60,655 bases of DNA from a virus. Its lineage: Duplodnaviria; Caudoviricetes. Location of the stretch: positions 1 through 60,655 of IMG/VR virus record IMGVR_UViG_3300020442_003253; one strand, given 5' to 3'. The notes beneath the pieces are model-generated. The model had not been told where the DNA came from. It saw only the letters and a program-made list of their open reading frames with translations, and did not search any database. The translations under genes were made by a program, and so were the position numbers. Positions 38,299-48,503 of this stretch are shown here, in pieces (position 1 is the stretch's first letter; the number at the start of each line of letters is the position of its first letter).

Positions 38299-39171
38299 TT
38301 ATCCTTCTACTTGAACTAAAGTGAGCGTGACAGTAATTGCTGCAGATGCACCTGATTTGTTAACAACTTTTAAAGGTATATCTGTAGTCACAGGTGATTC
38401 ATTATTGAAGCCAAATACACCAGGACTTATGAGTAAAGTATCTGCTCCTGTAGTAATTGCTTCTGCAATAACTCCACTTCCAGGTAAAGGGTCAGTAGTT
38501 TCAGCTCTTGCTGCATCAGCAGTTCTACTTGCTGTGTCTGAATAGACAGTAACCCATGCTGCAGCCGATGTTTCTATTTTTAAGAGATAATAACTTTTGA
38601 ATCCTGTTATAGTTATGTTGTCTGCTGATCCATCTAATATTGAAGTTGTGGTTGCATTTGCAGTAGATCTTGATAAAGTGGCATTGTCAGCTTGATTTGC
38701 AATTGCTACCCAAGCTCCGCTATGGGCAAAATACATCCTACCGTCTTGATGACTATGCAATATTGCTCCATGATACGTTGATGGAGAAGGAAATGTAGCT
38801 TGTGAACTGTAATAAAACGGTATCACAGTTCCTTCTACTGCTGGAGCTACAATTGCTCCTACATCACTAATTGTAACAAGACTATTTTGTAAGGTATCTC
38901 CTGTAGTGCTATCAAATCGTACAATTGCATTATCAGTTGAATTAGGCGCTTTGTTCACATCTCCTGAAGCAATAGATGATATTGTTCCGTCTCCGGTCAC
39001 AGTTATTGTAGTATTGTCAACTTTTACAACACCTACATCTGCTGCAGTTGCTATAGGTAGGGCTGCGCCGGCATTATTTGCATTCCAGCTGGTACCGTCC
39101 CATGTCCAAGTAATATCACCTACTACATGCGTATCGTTAACTAGCGGTGAATTTGGAAAATTAATTGCCAT
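38299..39171 (-). CDS. tail fibre/virion structural protein
   Basis: MAINFP...WTWDGTSW, GVVKVD, DNAIVRFD, YHGA...H fibre-type motifs. Confidence 0.7.
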   Translation of the reverse strand: MAINFPNSPLVNDTHVVGDITWTWDGTSWNANNAGAALPIATAADVGVVKVDNTTITVTGDGTISSIASGDVNKAPNSTDNAIVRFDSTTGDTLQNSLVTISDVGAIVAPAVEGTVIPFYYSSQATFPSPSTYHGAILHSHQDGRMYFAHSGAWVAIANQADNATLSRSTANATTTSILDGSADNITITGFKSYYLLKIETSAAAWVTVYSDTASRTADAARAETTDPLPGSGVIAEAITTGADTLLISPGVFGFNNESPVTTDIPLKVVNKSGASAAITVTLTLVQVEG

Positions 39172-39189
39172 GTTTGTTTATTCCTTTAC

Positions 39190-40401
39190 TTATAAATCAT
39201 AGATTATGATCATAATTTCGCCTAAGTTTAATGGATCTTCATTCCAGCGTCTAATTATAAATTCTACTCTGTCGGTAAATCTAGTTGTACCAATTTGTGC
39301 GCCATTTCCTGCTACCCAATTAGTACCATCATAACAAGCATTAACAATGTAATCTGTTCTAGCTGAGTATGAGGATGGAAACGTAAGGGTGTAAATTACA
39401 TCTGTACTTTGAGCTGTTCCATCGCCTCCAGACTTTGCTACAGTATAGCCTGTGGTGCCGCTCCATGTCGGAGAGTTAGCATTCATATCAATAAATCCAA
39501 CTGCAGTTGGTAAATTTTGAGCTGTGCTATAACCAGTTTGGGGTGTAGCATCTACCCATTGCAAACTGGTTCCATCATTGTAATATACTTTTAGAACTCC
39601 GACAGTTGAATCCCACCAAAGATCTCCACTGTCTGGATTTGACGGAGTAGTGTCACTAATTGTTACACTGGCACTATTGATTGATGTTGGAACAAATCTA
39701 TTATTACTTGCAGACCATTCTAATACTTGCCCATCTGATATTCCTGCTAAACTTACATCACTATGATTTGCAACTGTTCCATATTGCGTCAGGTATCCAG
39801 CTACACTATGATCCCCCCATCCGTAAGCAGTATTCCAATCTGTAATGTTTTGTGCTGTAATTCCACCAGCTGGATCACTTGGTCCTATATATCCAGCTAC
39901 ACTATGATCCCCCCATCCGTAAGCAGTATTCCAATCTGTAATGTTTTGTGCTGTAATTCCACCAGCTGCACTAGCTGTAAAGACTGGGTCAGTTTCTGTA
40001 ACTGTATTAACTGCTGATACCCAGATTGTGCCGTTGTATTGTAAGACATGTCCAGGTGTAGGATTAGATATGGATACATCTCCTAGGTCATTTAAATTTG
40101 TATCCCCTAAACTTGTTAAATATCCTTGGGTAGCGTGATTGCCCCAATTGTATGCGGTGCTCCAATTGGTAATATTTTGAGTAGTAATATTATATGCTGC
40201 ACTTGCTACAAAAATTGGATCAGTTTCTTCATAAAATGTAATATATCCTTGGAGAGAATGATCCCCCCATCCGTAAGCAGTATCCCAATTAGGTTTGCTT
40301 GTTTCTAAGGTAGTTGTGCGGGTATTTAACTCAGAAAAATTACCATCTAATTCTTCAAATGTTAAAGCTTCGCCTTTTGTCAATCTTAAAGTTATTGCCA
40401 T
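39190..40401 (-). CDS. tail fibre protein with WxTAYxWGxH repeats
   Basis: LTFEELDGNF N-terminus, four W.TAY.WG.H units, ETDP.F repeats, GDLWWDS. Confidence 0.75.
   Translation of the reverse strand: MAITLRLTKGEALTFEELDGNFSELNTRTTTLETSKPNWDTAYGWGDHSLQGYITFYEETDPIFVASAAYNITTQNITNWSTAYNWGNHATQGYLTSLGDTNLNDLGDVSISNPTPGHVLQYNGTIWVSAVNTVTETDPVFTASAAGGITAQNITDWNTAYGWGDHSVAGYIGPSDPAGGITAQNITDWNTAYGWGDHSVAGYLTQYGTVANHSDVSLAGISDGQVLEWSASNNRFVPTSINSASVTISDTTPSNPDSGDLWWDSTVGVLKVYYNDGTSLQWVDATPQTGYSTAQNLPTAVGFIDMNANSPTWSGTTGYTVAKSGGDGTAQSTDVIYTLTFPSSYSARTDYIVNACYDGTNWVAGNGAQIGTTRFTDRVEFIIRRWNEDPLNLGEIMIIIYDL
39794..39968. repeat. 79-bp perfect direct repeat with 96-bp period
   Basis: 39794-39872 is identical to 39890-39968; a partial third copy lies near 40259-40290. 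Confidence 0.9.
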
Positions 40402-40868
40402 TATAGTACATATCCTTGTTCAACATATCCTGTTGTAATATATTGTGAATCTGGGTCCTCTACTTGGTCCTGCCCAAAACCAACATTATCAGGTTCAGTA
40501 TTTACTTTATCTCCAATTGATCGCAATTCGGTAAGGGAATTATTATTTGCTGTCCTATAACCTAATTGTGAAGTTTTACCTCTGCTGGCATTTAATATTT
40601 TTGTAACCACAGTAGATAAACTTGGTTCATTCAATTTTCCTAACGAGTCTATTAGTGTAAAAACAGATATGCTTTCTTTTTTTGCCTGGGTCATTATAAC
40701 CTGGCTAACTGTACGTGATGCAGTTTCACCAAAATTTCTTTTATCAAAAAAACCAACAACCGCATCGTATTCGGAAACTGGAAATTGTATTTTTTTAGTA
40801 AAATATGAATCAAAAAATTCAACAACTTTCTGTTCTGATTTTTTTTCTTTTGTTGGTAATGATGACAT
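40401..40868 (-). CDS. hypothetical protein (tail module)
   Basis: 155-aa ORF, tightly packed. Confidence 0.7.
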   Translation of the reverse strand: MSSLPTKEKKSEQKVVEFFDSYFTKKIQFPVSEYDAVVGFFDKRNFGETASRTVSQVIMTQAKKESISVFTLIDSLGKLNEPSLSTVVTKILNASRGKTSQLGYRTANNNSLTELRSIGDKVNTEPDNVGFGQDQVEDPDSQYITTGYVEQGYVL

Positions 40869-40876
40869 AAAAATCC

Positions 40877-41935
40877 TTATAAACTTGGAAATTCTAAATT
40901 CTGTAATCCACTTACTGTATTATCGTAAAAATCTTCATTTGCTCCGGTAATGATATTCGTTATATCTTCACGGATTCCTTCTTCTGTTAAATCCTGGATA
41001 TTACCTATTAAATTTACACCTGCAAGCACTGCTGCAATTGGATTGTTAAATCCTTTACCAGTTCTTGTGTAATCAAATAAATCTACTCCACCTGATAATA
41101 TTGCACCTAATGATACTGAACCTCCGCCTACTAATGTGTTTGGGCTAGGAGTTGCATCATAATGCGCTAAATCTCCAAATCCTACCGGTTCTCCTTGTCC
41201 GCCTTCTGTTACTCCGCCTCTGTCAATCCACACAGTCTCATATGCAACTGTCATACTGTTTTCATTTGTATCACTTCCAGGGGAAGAATCTACATTACCA
41301 TGATTCCACTCTGTTATTATAGGGTTGACTAGAGTATAGGTAGTGTAAGTATGCCTTGTCATTTGGCTAATTTGAATATTTACAATAAAAGGATCTGTTA
41401 CGCCATTATGTAATCCGAATGCATATTTGTTGCGAACTTCTCCCTTGTATGTGCTATCTCCTGCATCAGCTTGGCCGTACAATTTATTGTAAGCGCCCTT
41501 GGCCATATCAGATAATCCATAATTTCCATCTAGATAATAGTATCTATAATAAGCCTCTAACATTCCTGTTATAATGCCTAAATTGTCATCATGGAAATTT
41601 ATTGTAATAGGATTGTAAGTAAGTCCTGTTTGGATTTGTTTTGTTCTATTATATTTTTTTTTTGCTTCTACATTTGCAGTAAAAGATGGTAATGTAGAAT
41701 TTTTTACAAGTAAACCTGCTTCTAATTTATGTTTTTGATCCCATGACAGCAATGTCTTTTGCATTGCAGGACTAAAAGTAAAAGCGACATGGTATAGAAA
41801 CTTTACTTTAGGAGCAAGTCTAAATGAATTTTTAACAAAGGTCCTGCTAGCATGCCTAGCATCACCTAAATTTCCTTTTGGATTTAGGGTTCCTGATAAA
41901 AGATTATCAAAGAATCCATTAAATGCATTACTCAT
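40877..41935 (-). CDS. tail tube-like baseplate/tube initiator protein (gp48/gp54-like)
   Basis: LP.F...YNR..Q.....Y.PITINFHDD, Y.L.NP.I, MTVAYE tube-fold motifs; follows gp19. Confidence 0.6.
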   Translation of the reverse strand: MSNAFNGFFDNLLSGTLNPKGNLGDARHASRTFVKNSFRLAPKVKFLYHVAFTFSPAMQKTLLSWDQKHKLEAGLLVKNSTLPSFTANVEAKKKYNRTKQIQTGLTYNPITINFHDDNLGIITGMLEAYYRYYYLDGNYGLSDMAKGAYNKLYGQADAGDSTYKGEVRNKYAFGLHNGVTDPFIVNIQISQMTRHTYTTYTLVNPIITEWNHGNVDSSPGSDTNENSMTVAYETVWIDRGGVTEGGQGEPVGFGDLAHYDATPSPNTLVGGGSVSLGAILSGGVDLFDYTRTGKGFNNPIAAVLAGVNLIGNIQDLTEEGIREDITNIITGANEDFYDNTVSGLQNLEFPSL

Positions 41936-41955
41936 AATTTACTTTACTATTGAAA

Positions 41956-41972
41956 GGGCAGGGTTACTGCCC
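41956..41972 (-). terminator. putative intrinsic terminator after tail tube gene
   Basis: GGGCAG/CTGCCC stem followed by TTTC on the minus strand. Confidence 0.5.
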
Positions 41973-41985
41973 ATTATTGAAATTT

Positions 41986-42612
41986 TTATGAACCGCCACC
42001 AGTAGCTAATGTGCTAACATTTCTACCTATAGCAGTACCTATACCTGTACCTTGAGGCGTTTGTATAGCATTATCATAGCGTACATTTAATGTTATGGTG
42101 ACTGGAGCAGATTCAGCATAGTTTAAAGAATTATAATTTGCACTTTCTAAGTAGCATCCATATAATTCAAACGTTTCTAAAATACCCGGAGTATTTGCTC
42201 CGTTGCCGCCATCTAGAATTTCTATTTTGGTAGTAAATTTGTAATCTAATCCAGATGCTGCACTTGATTGCTCATAAAAATCAAATTGCTTTTGGAGTTG
42301 TTCACCTACTAACAGTTGGACTTCATTATTAACATCTTCTCTTAAATTAATTGTAATCGGTTCCCAATTGTGCTTTCCAGCCAAATATACCCTTGAGTTA
42401 TACACATCTAATGTAATTTGATCAAAAGTTAAATTAGGTTTTGTAACATCTACAACTTGCTTTGTTAATTCTGTTGTAGGGGTACTGTTGCCAAAATTTT
42501 GAAAAGATACCCTAAATCTATATTGTAATTTTGGCATCAATAGTGACTGCGAACTGGGGCTATCCCCAGTTGCAAGTGGCACTGTCATTTTTGATAAAGT
42601 TGCTATAGCCAT
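41986..42612 (-). CDS. gp19: tail tube protein (T4 gp19-like)
   Basis: YRFRV.F, YLAGK..W.PITI.LRED, L.GC, L.Y, L.VRYD; directly after the sheath; GATAAATA and AGGAG upstream. Confidence 0.85.
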   Translation of the reverse strand: MAIATLSKMTVPLATGDSPSSQSLLMPKLQYRFRVSFQNFGNSTPTTELTKQVVDVTKPNLTFDQITLDVYNSRVYLAGKHNWEPITINLREDVNNEVQLLVGEQLQKQFDFYEQSSAASGLDYKFTTKIEILDGGNGANTPGILETFELYGCYLESANYNSLNYAESAPVTITLNVRYDNAIQTPQGTGIGTAIGRNVSTLATGGGS

Positions 42613-42645
42613 TAAATCGCTCCTAATTTATTATTATTTATCGTA

Positions 42646-45600
42646 TTATAAACCAGATATTTCACCTGTGTTTTTAATTCTTAAAGGTATGTAAATAAAT
42701 TCGATAGCTTTTACAGGCTCTATTGCAATATCTACATACAACTCATTTCTATCAATTCTTGCAGGTGTATTATTTGATTCATCACAGACAACAAGGAAGT
42801 CATATAGTGCTCTAAGACCAACTAATTCTAACAGTAATGTTTCTACCTGCTGTTTGATTTCATCACGTGTGATTTTATCATTTGGTTCAAATAAGTATGG
42901 TTTTGCTAATACTTTTAGTTGACTTCTAAGATAGATAATTAACCTAGCAACATTTATTCTATCTAAAGCACTTGCAGTTAGTTGTCTAGTTTTTTGTCCA
43001 AAACATACTAAACCTGCACCAGTAATGAAAGTAATTGGATTAACATTATTTGAATATAATGTGTCGCGCAGTCCTTCGTTCATTGCAAGACTTTTAAATT
43101 CACCCTCTGATGTAATAAATCCGCTTGCTGTAGCATTTGTGATATTTCCTCTCCGTGTTCCTGCTGGCGCAAACCATGGATAAGCAACTTGATCACTCAA
43201 AGCAATAGTTCTTAACATCATATGACTTGCAGGAACAACTATGTTATTACCAAAATTGTCGCTTGTGAATCCAGATGGATAATAAACAGCCATGTAAGGA
43301 TCTGAACTAACAAGTCCTGCATCATTATCTTCAGTTGCATTGTTAACATTGGTTGCCCAATTATTTAAATTAGTTCCTGTAGCTTCTAATCTAAATGGTG
43401 AGTCACCTACTATAAATGCTGTTAACCCTCTATCATAATTTAGCGTATTAAGTTCACCTATAAGTTCTGGATAACCAGGACATGCCATAAGATTAAACAA
43501 TCTTGACTCATCATCACGTATTTCTTCGTTACTGTTAACTAAAGCTTGAAGAGATTGTACAACTACTTTACGCTGAGCAATCCTGCCAAAAGAACCTGAT
43601 CCGTCTTCTTGATTTCCAGATTCTGTAACCCATCGATCAGGTACATACCCGTCCATAGGTTCGTCGTTATATCTGATATTTTTTGTAGCAGTGTTTACGT
43701 AATTTTTTCTAAATCGCTTAACATTAAAACCACTTCTACGTAAGTTCCATAACAACATTCCTTTAGGATATAGAGCTGGATCTGGACCATCTGGATCCAT
43801 ATAATCGGAATATAGTAAATCATTAATTTCTCCAGGCGTATCGCTATTTGCTCCTGCAGTATTATAACGAGCGTCAGCAAATAAAACTCCATTTTCAGAC
43901 GTCTGATCAGTAGTATCAACTGTAAACCATCTCCTTACAAGAGGAATATCAGTTCTGCCTGCATTAAACTTGTACATAACTGGATAATTTTCTATATCTG
44001 ATGTATCTATCCACAAATCGCCTGTAACTAAAGCAGTTCCGTCACTTTGAGTAAGAGGTATACTTGCACTAACAATTGGTCCATTTGGGTCGGTTTGAAC
44101 AGTTTCATCTGCATCATAAAATGGACTTGCTGTTGCGCTTTGACCACTTGAACCATCATACAAATATCCAACAAATTCGCTACCATTATGCACTAAGATA
44201 TCAACTTCATCAACTATAGAATTATACCAAAGTGTTTGGTCTGCAGTTGCACCTAATACTTCATTATCGCTAGCTGTATAGGTTAATACTTGCCATAAAG
44301 ATGCTTGTAGTTCCGAAGGACTCGTAGTATTATCGGTTCCCGGTGCATAGTACAAGTTAGGAGTTCCGCTATTTTCATCTACAAAAGGAGTAAATCCTGC
44401 TTCTGCTAAACTACCATCAGTATCAACAAATTTAATTTCACCTCCAAGGCTATGTGATATTTGAACTTTATTTTGACTTGTTACTGTAGCACTTACATTG
44501 TCTACACCAGCATCACTTATTGCAGAAGCTAGTAAAGTTGCATCAGTTGCTTGTCCTGTTGGATCAAAACTAACAGTAATAGGACTACTCATTGCTATTG
44601 ATCCGTTATCTGTAGAACTCATTGTAAAAGTTTTTGTTCCTGCTGTAAGGGATCCTGCAGAAATCTTTGTTCCAGTAACTGTGGTAGGTGCTATATTATC
44701 TCTTCTATATAGTTTTATTGTTGCTGTTGGTCGAAAACCTTTGCCTACATCTGAAAGTGCATATAGTTGGCCTGTGAGTAAATTTATTCCACCACCGGAT
44801 CTATCCATTTCGTATAATGCTTCAGCATTACTTGAATAAATGTCAACGTCTTGACCTTCCCATAGCTTTGTACTATCATTCCATTTTTTTACATCAAGCT
44901 TTGCTCCTAAATTAGGTATAGTAGTTTTTAGCCATATACTTCCAGTTGGTCTAGGCTTAGCATCTAACGCCTTAAATTCTGGTATAGATGTGTGTTTTGA
45001 TATTTGCAATTTTGGAATATATCGTGTTGCAATTGTAGGAGTACCTGTATCTGCTGTAATTCCAATTTCAGCAAATCCATCTATATCTGCACTAGGCACA
45101 TTTGTGATTGTCATATGCGATACCCAACCGCCGTTGCTAAATCTACCTGTTGAGTAAATTTCTAATCTACCATCAACAGCTTGGGCACTAACATTGCCTG
45201 CTACATAAACAGTGTTAATTGTTAGGGCAACATCAGCAGCAGTGTCTCCAGGATTTAAAGCAATTGATACTGCTTGTCCAGATTCTACGTGAGGACTTCC
45301 GTCTTCATTGTACAATGTTATTTCTATTGCTGCAGCTTGCGCTCCTGCAAACTCAAATACATTTGTTCCTTTTGCAGTTGGCCAACTTTTTACCCATGGA
45401 TCACTTCCAACTAAAACCCAATCTCCTGATCTATTTCTATAAAATGCGCGGTTCAAAGTAGATGTTGCAACAACTGCATACTGTCCAATTGACCCTACTG
45501 TTTTTGCTGGGATATAACCGGCAAATCCGTTTACAGATAATGACCCTGTATTTGATGTTTCAGTTTCATCTGTAATTACAATAGGTTCTTTGTTTGTAAA

Positions 45601-46080
45601 CACCTGTCCGTCATTAATTAATGATTCACCATTCCATTCTTGCAAACCCCATAATGTTGTGCTCGTGTCAAACCAATACGCACCGTCCATTGGCGCAGCA
45701 CCTGGTGCTGTAGGTGATCCTTCTAATTCTGCCAAATCAATATCGGCTCTAACTACATATGCTCTGTTTGCTATGCCTAGAAAACTGTAAGCTGTTTGCA
45801 ATCCATATTCATTTAATTCTGATCCATGGATAGGGTTATTATTATTGTCTGTTTTAAAAATAGGATCTCCAAATGTATCTACTAAATCACGCTGAGATGT
45901 TAGTAAATAGGGAACACCTGCGTTGCTGGCTAAAGTTCCTGCTGCTGTTCCTGATCCTGATCCGTTAGGTTTGTTGCCTGCTGTTGCAACAAATATACAA
46001 GGTAATGTACCTGGTTCTGCTGGGGTATAAAAACTTTCGTCAACGACTTTAACTTCTACACCTGGTGATACTAGTGCCAT
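42646..46080 (-). CDS. gp18: tail sheath protein (T4 gp18-like), enlarged
   Basis: MALVSPGVEV..VDES, PWFAPAG.RRG, NVNPI, FGQKT, ALDRINVARL, FEPND, EFIYIP. Confidence 0.95.
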   Translation of the reverse strand: MALVSPGVEVKVVDESFYTPAEPGTLPCIFVATAGNKPNGSGSGTAAGTLASNAGVPYLLTSQRDLVDTFGDPIFKTDNNNNPIHGSELNEYGLQTAYSFLGIANRAYVVRADIDLAELEGSPTAPGAAPMDGAYWFDTSTTLWGLQEWNGESLINDGQVFTNKEPIVITDETETSNTGSLSVNGFAGYIPAKTVGSIGQYAVVATSTLNRAFYRNRSGDWVLVGSDPWVKSWPTAKGTNVFEFAGAQAAAIEITLYNEDGSPHVESGQAVSIALNPGDTAADVALTINTVYVAGNVSAQAVDGRLEIYSTGRFSNGGWVSHMTITNVPSADIDGFAEIGITADTGTPTIATRYIPKLQISKHTSIPEFKALDAKPRPTGSIWLKTTIPNLGAKLDVKKWNDSTKLWEGQDVDIYSSNAEALYEMDRSGGGINLLTGQLYALSDVGKGFRPTATIKLYRRDNIAPTTVTGTKISAGSLTAGTKTFTMSSTDNGSIAMSSPITVSFDPTGQATDATLLASAISDAGVDNVSATVTSQNKVQISHSLGGEIKFVDTDGSLAEAGFTPFVDENSGTPNLYYAPGTDNTTSPSELQASLWQVLTYTASDNEVLGATADQTLWYNSIVDEVDILVHNGSEFVGYLYDGSSGQSATASPFYDADETVQTDPNGPIVSASIPLTQSDGTALVTGDLWIDTSDIENYPVMYKFNAGRTDIPLVRRWFTVDTTDQTSENGVLFADARYNTAGANSDTPGEINDLLYSDYMDPDGPDPALYPKGMLLWNLRRSGFNVKRFRKNYVNTATKNIRYNDEPMDGYVPDRWVTESGNQEDGSGSFGRIAQRKVVVQSLQALVNSNEEIRDDESRLFNLMACPGYPELIGELNTLNYDRGLTAFIVGDSPFRLEATGTNLNNWATNVNNATEDNDAGLVSSDPYMAVYYPSGFTSDNFGNNIVVPASHMMLRTIALSDQVAYPWFAPAGTRRGNITNATASGFITSEGEFKSLAMNEGLRDTLYSNNVNPITFITGAGLVCFGQKTRQLTASALDRINVARLIIYLRSQLKVLAKPYLFEPNDKITRDEIKQQVETLLLELVGLRALYDFLVVCDESNNTPARIDRNELYVDIAIEPVKAIEFIYIPLRIKNTGEISGL

Positions 46081-46189
46081 AATCTATTCTCCTCTAAGGC
46101 TGATATTTCTACTAGTATTTAGTTATTTTTTTAAAAATTACATTTTGTAACGCCTTAAAAAGGGGTGGAAAAGGTTAGATAAATAGGAT

Positions 46190-46528
46190 ATGAGACCTTT
46201 GTGCATATGTGGATTTAGACCTGCAGCTATTAATTATGTAAAAAACAATAAGATATACTATAGAAAAAAATGTGAGCGTTGTTTAAAACACAATAATGTT
46301 GCCGTAGGAATACCTTTATGGAAACAACGGGGATATTTAAAAAAAAATGTATGCGAAAAATGTGGATACAAAAGCCAATATGAAGAACAATTTAATGTTT
46401 ACCATATTGACGGAAATTTAAAAAATTGTAAAGTAAGTAACCTTAAAACAATTTGTGCAAATTGCCAACGGATTCTTTACAAAGAAGGAATAAAATGGAA
46501 GCAAGGTGATTTAATTCCTGATTTTTAA
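46190..46528 (+). CDS. HNH-like Zn-binding protein (probably degenerate nuclease)
   Basis: CEKCG...YHIDGN..N....NL.TICANCQ; last His replaced by Gln. Confidence 0.6.
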   Translation: MRPLCICGFRPAAINYVKNNKIYYRKKCERCLKHNNVAVGIPLWKQRGYLKKNVCEKCGYKSQYEEQFNVYHIDGNLKNCKVSNLKTICANCQRILYKEGIKWKQGDLIPDF

Positions 46529-47283
46529 CCTATGATAAATGAATAACCTGTGCCTCCTGGTACAGCGGTTGCTACTTCTTGCTCTAATTTTTCTAGTTCT
46601 GCACTTGCTTCATTTTTTAATGTATCACCATTAAGTTGACCTCCGCCTTGCGGTCCTGCTATCGTTGCAAATTTACTCCTAGCTTCTCCTAACATCATCT
46701 TACTAATGGCTAAAGCATAATCTCTTATCCAGGATTTTGCCATGTAATCGTTTAGTAATTGTTCATCTGGTCTGTAATTGTAACATTCTAAAAGTAAAGT
46801 TTCTTCTGCTCTAGGCCTTTGTAATATTGTTAATTTGTGTGTAGAACTATTCCAGTTAAATTCTATAAATGATCCAAACATTCTTCCAACTAATTCTTGA
46901 TATTGGCTAAAAAAATCATATGTAGCCAATCCTCCTAAATTAGAACTCGCAAGTAAATACGTGTTTGTGTAAGCCAAATTAAAAGGCTCAAATAAACTAC
47001 CACCGTCGCCGCCGCCTGTTCGTGATCCTATACTTCTACGAAAAATCTTTTTAACTTCTACTATCTCTTTTGGTAAAGTATATTGGTTTTGGTCAACTAT
47101 AGTAGGCATAAAAAAATAGCTTTCTTCTATGCTGTTGTCTGATCGTTGTCTAAATCTAGTTAGAGCTTTGTCTAAAGCAGTAGCATAGTGTACAGGATCA
47201 AGTTCTACATCCACCATTCCTCCGCCGAGCATGTTGTGGATATAGTCATAAACCTCTTGTCTATAGGTTGTTAAATCATTCAT
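46525..47283 (-). CDS. gp13: neck protein (T4 gp13-like)
   Basis: LGGGMVDVEL, WIRDYALA..K..LG..RSKF..I.GP.GG..LNG. Confidence 0.85.
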   Translation of the reverse strand: MNDLTTYRQEVYDYIHNMLGGGMVDVELDPVHYATALDKALTRFRQRSDNSIEESYFFMPTIVDQNQYTLPKEIVEVKKIFRRSIGSRTGGGDGGSLFEPFNLAYTNTYLLASSNLGGLATYDFFSQYQELVGRMFGSFIEFNWNSSTHKLTILQRPRAEETLLLECYNYRPDEQLLNDYMAKSWIRDYALAISKMMLGEARSKFATIAGPQGGGQLNGDTLKNEASAELEKLEQEVATAVPGGTGYSFIIG

Positions 47284-47296
47284 AGGTCATATCTCC

Positions 47297-47326
47297 TATT
47301 GTATTTATCGTAAGATAAATACAATA
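47297..47326. promoter_or_regulatory. palindromic back-to-back late promoters for the gp13/gp14-like genes
   Basis: TATTGTATTTATC-GTAA-GATAAATACAATA perfect 13-bp inverted repeat. Confidence 0.75.
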
Positions 47327-48492
47327 TGCCAAGATTATCTTTATACCGGCCCAGCAAGGGCAATGATTATAATTTTATAGATGCTAGAATTTTTGAAATG
47401 TTTACTGTAGGTGGAACTGATGTAAACATTCACAAATATCTAGGACCTAAAAATCCAACAGACGAGCAAGCAACCGCAGATATACCTCAGTATGATGTCA
47501 TAGCAGAGACAAATATTCAAGATCTACTGTTTTTAGAAAATAGAGATAGGAAATATGATCCAGATATCTATACTATTCGTGGTATATATAATGTACAAGA
47601 CATAGATTTTAATCTTAGTCAATTTGGATTATTCTTAAACAATGACACTCTTTTTATGACTATACACATTAATAGTTCTGTTAAAACTCTTGGTAGGAAA
47701 ATTATGAGTGGTGATGTTATAGAATTACCTCACATGAAAGACGAATATGCCATGAATGATTTTCATGTAGCATTGAAAAGTTATTACGTAGTAGAAGATG
47801 TGAGCAGAGCAAGTGAAGGTTATAGTCCTACATGGTACCCTCATCTTTATAGATTAAAATGCAAACAAATAGTAGATAGTCAAGAATTTAAAGATATATT
47901 AGATTTACCAATGGATGAAGAAGCTCCTGCTGCAGGAAGTTTACGTGATTTATTATCAACTTACTCAAAAGATTTAGAAATAAATCAAGCAATTGTAGCA
48001 CAAGCAGAAGCTGATGCGAAAAAAAGCGGGTATGAAACTGGACACTTTTTTACCCTACAAACCGGTGATGATGGCAAAGTTGAACTTGTTACAACTGATT
48101 TGACCGAATTAGATGCAAGCACAGCCAACGAATTGGCCGATAGAGTTATGCAAACTCCGGAACGGACTGGATACACTGGTTACTTATTAGGTGACGGTAT
48201 TGCTCCAAATGGAGAAATTTTTGGTCATGGAGTTATTTTTCCCGAGGGCAGTGTCAATGGTGATTATTTTTTGAGGACAGATATGATTCCAAATCGATTA
48301 TTTAGATACGACGGTCGTAGATGGATAAAAATTGAAGATGCAGTTAGAATGACTATGACTCAAACAAATGATAGAAGCACTCAAAAAGGCACATTTATTA
48401 ATAACACAAATACAACAACTGTAGCTGGCGAAACTATACCCGAGCGTCAAAGCGTAAGTAAAGCTTTAAGAGCAAAAACTGACAATCTTTAA
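47326..48492 (+). CDS. gp14: neck protein (T4 gp14-like)
   Basis: D.LFLE, LSQFGL...D.L.M.I, GDVIELP, Y.LKC; adjacent to gp13-like. Confidence 0.7.
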   Translation: MPRLSLYRPSKGNDYNFIDARIFEMFTVGGTDVNIHKYLGPKNPTDEQATADIPQYDVIAETNIQDLLFLENRDRKYDPDIYTIRGIYNVQDIDFNLSQFGLFLNNDTLFMTIHINSSVKTLGRKIMSGDVIELPHMKDEYAMNDFHVALKSYYVVEDVSRASEGYSPTWYPHLYRLKCKQIVDSQEFKDILDLPMDEEAPAAGSLRDLLSTYSKDLEINQAIVAQAEADAKKSGYETGHFFTLQTGDDGKVELVTTDLTELDASTANELADRVMQTPERTGYTGYLLGDGIAPNGEIFGHGVIFPEGSVNGDYFLRTDMIPNRLFRYDGRRWIKIEDAVRMTMTQTNDRSTQKGTFINNTNTTTVAGETIPERQSVSKALRAKTDNL

Positions 48493-48503
48493 TAGGATCA
48501 TAT

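Noticed and set aside
46190-46528. Active homing endonuclease or mobile element
   Set aside because: Short, last HNH His replaced by Gln, no intron context; kept only as an HNH-like CDS.
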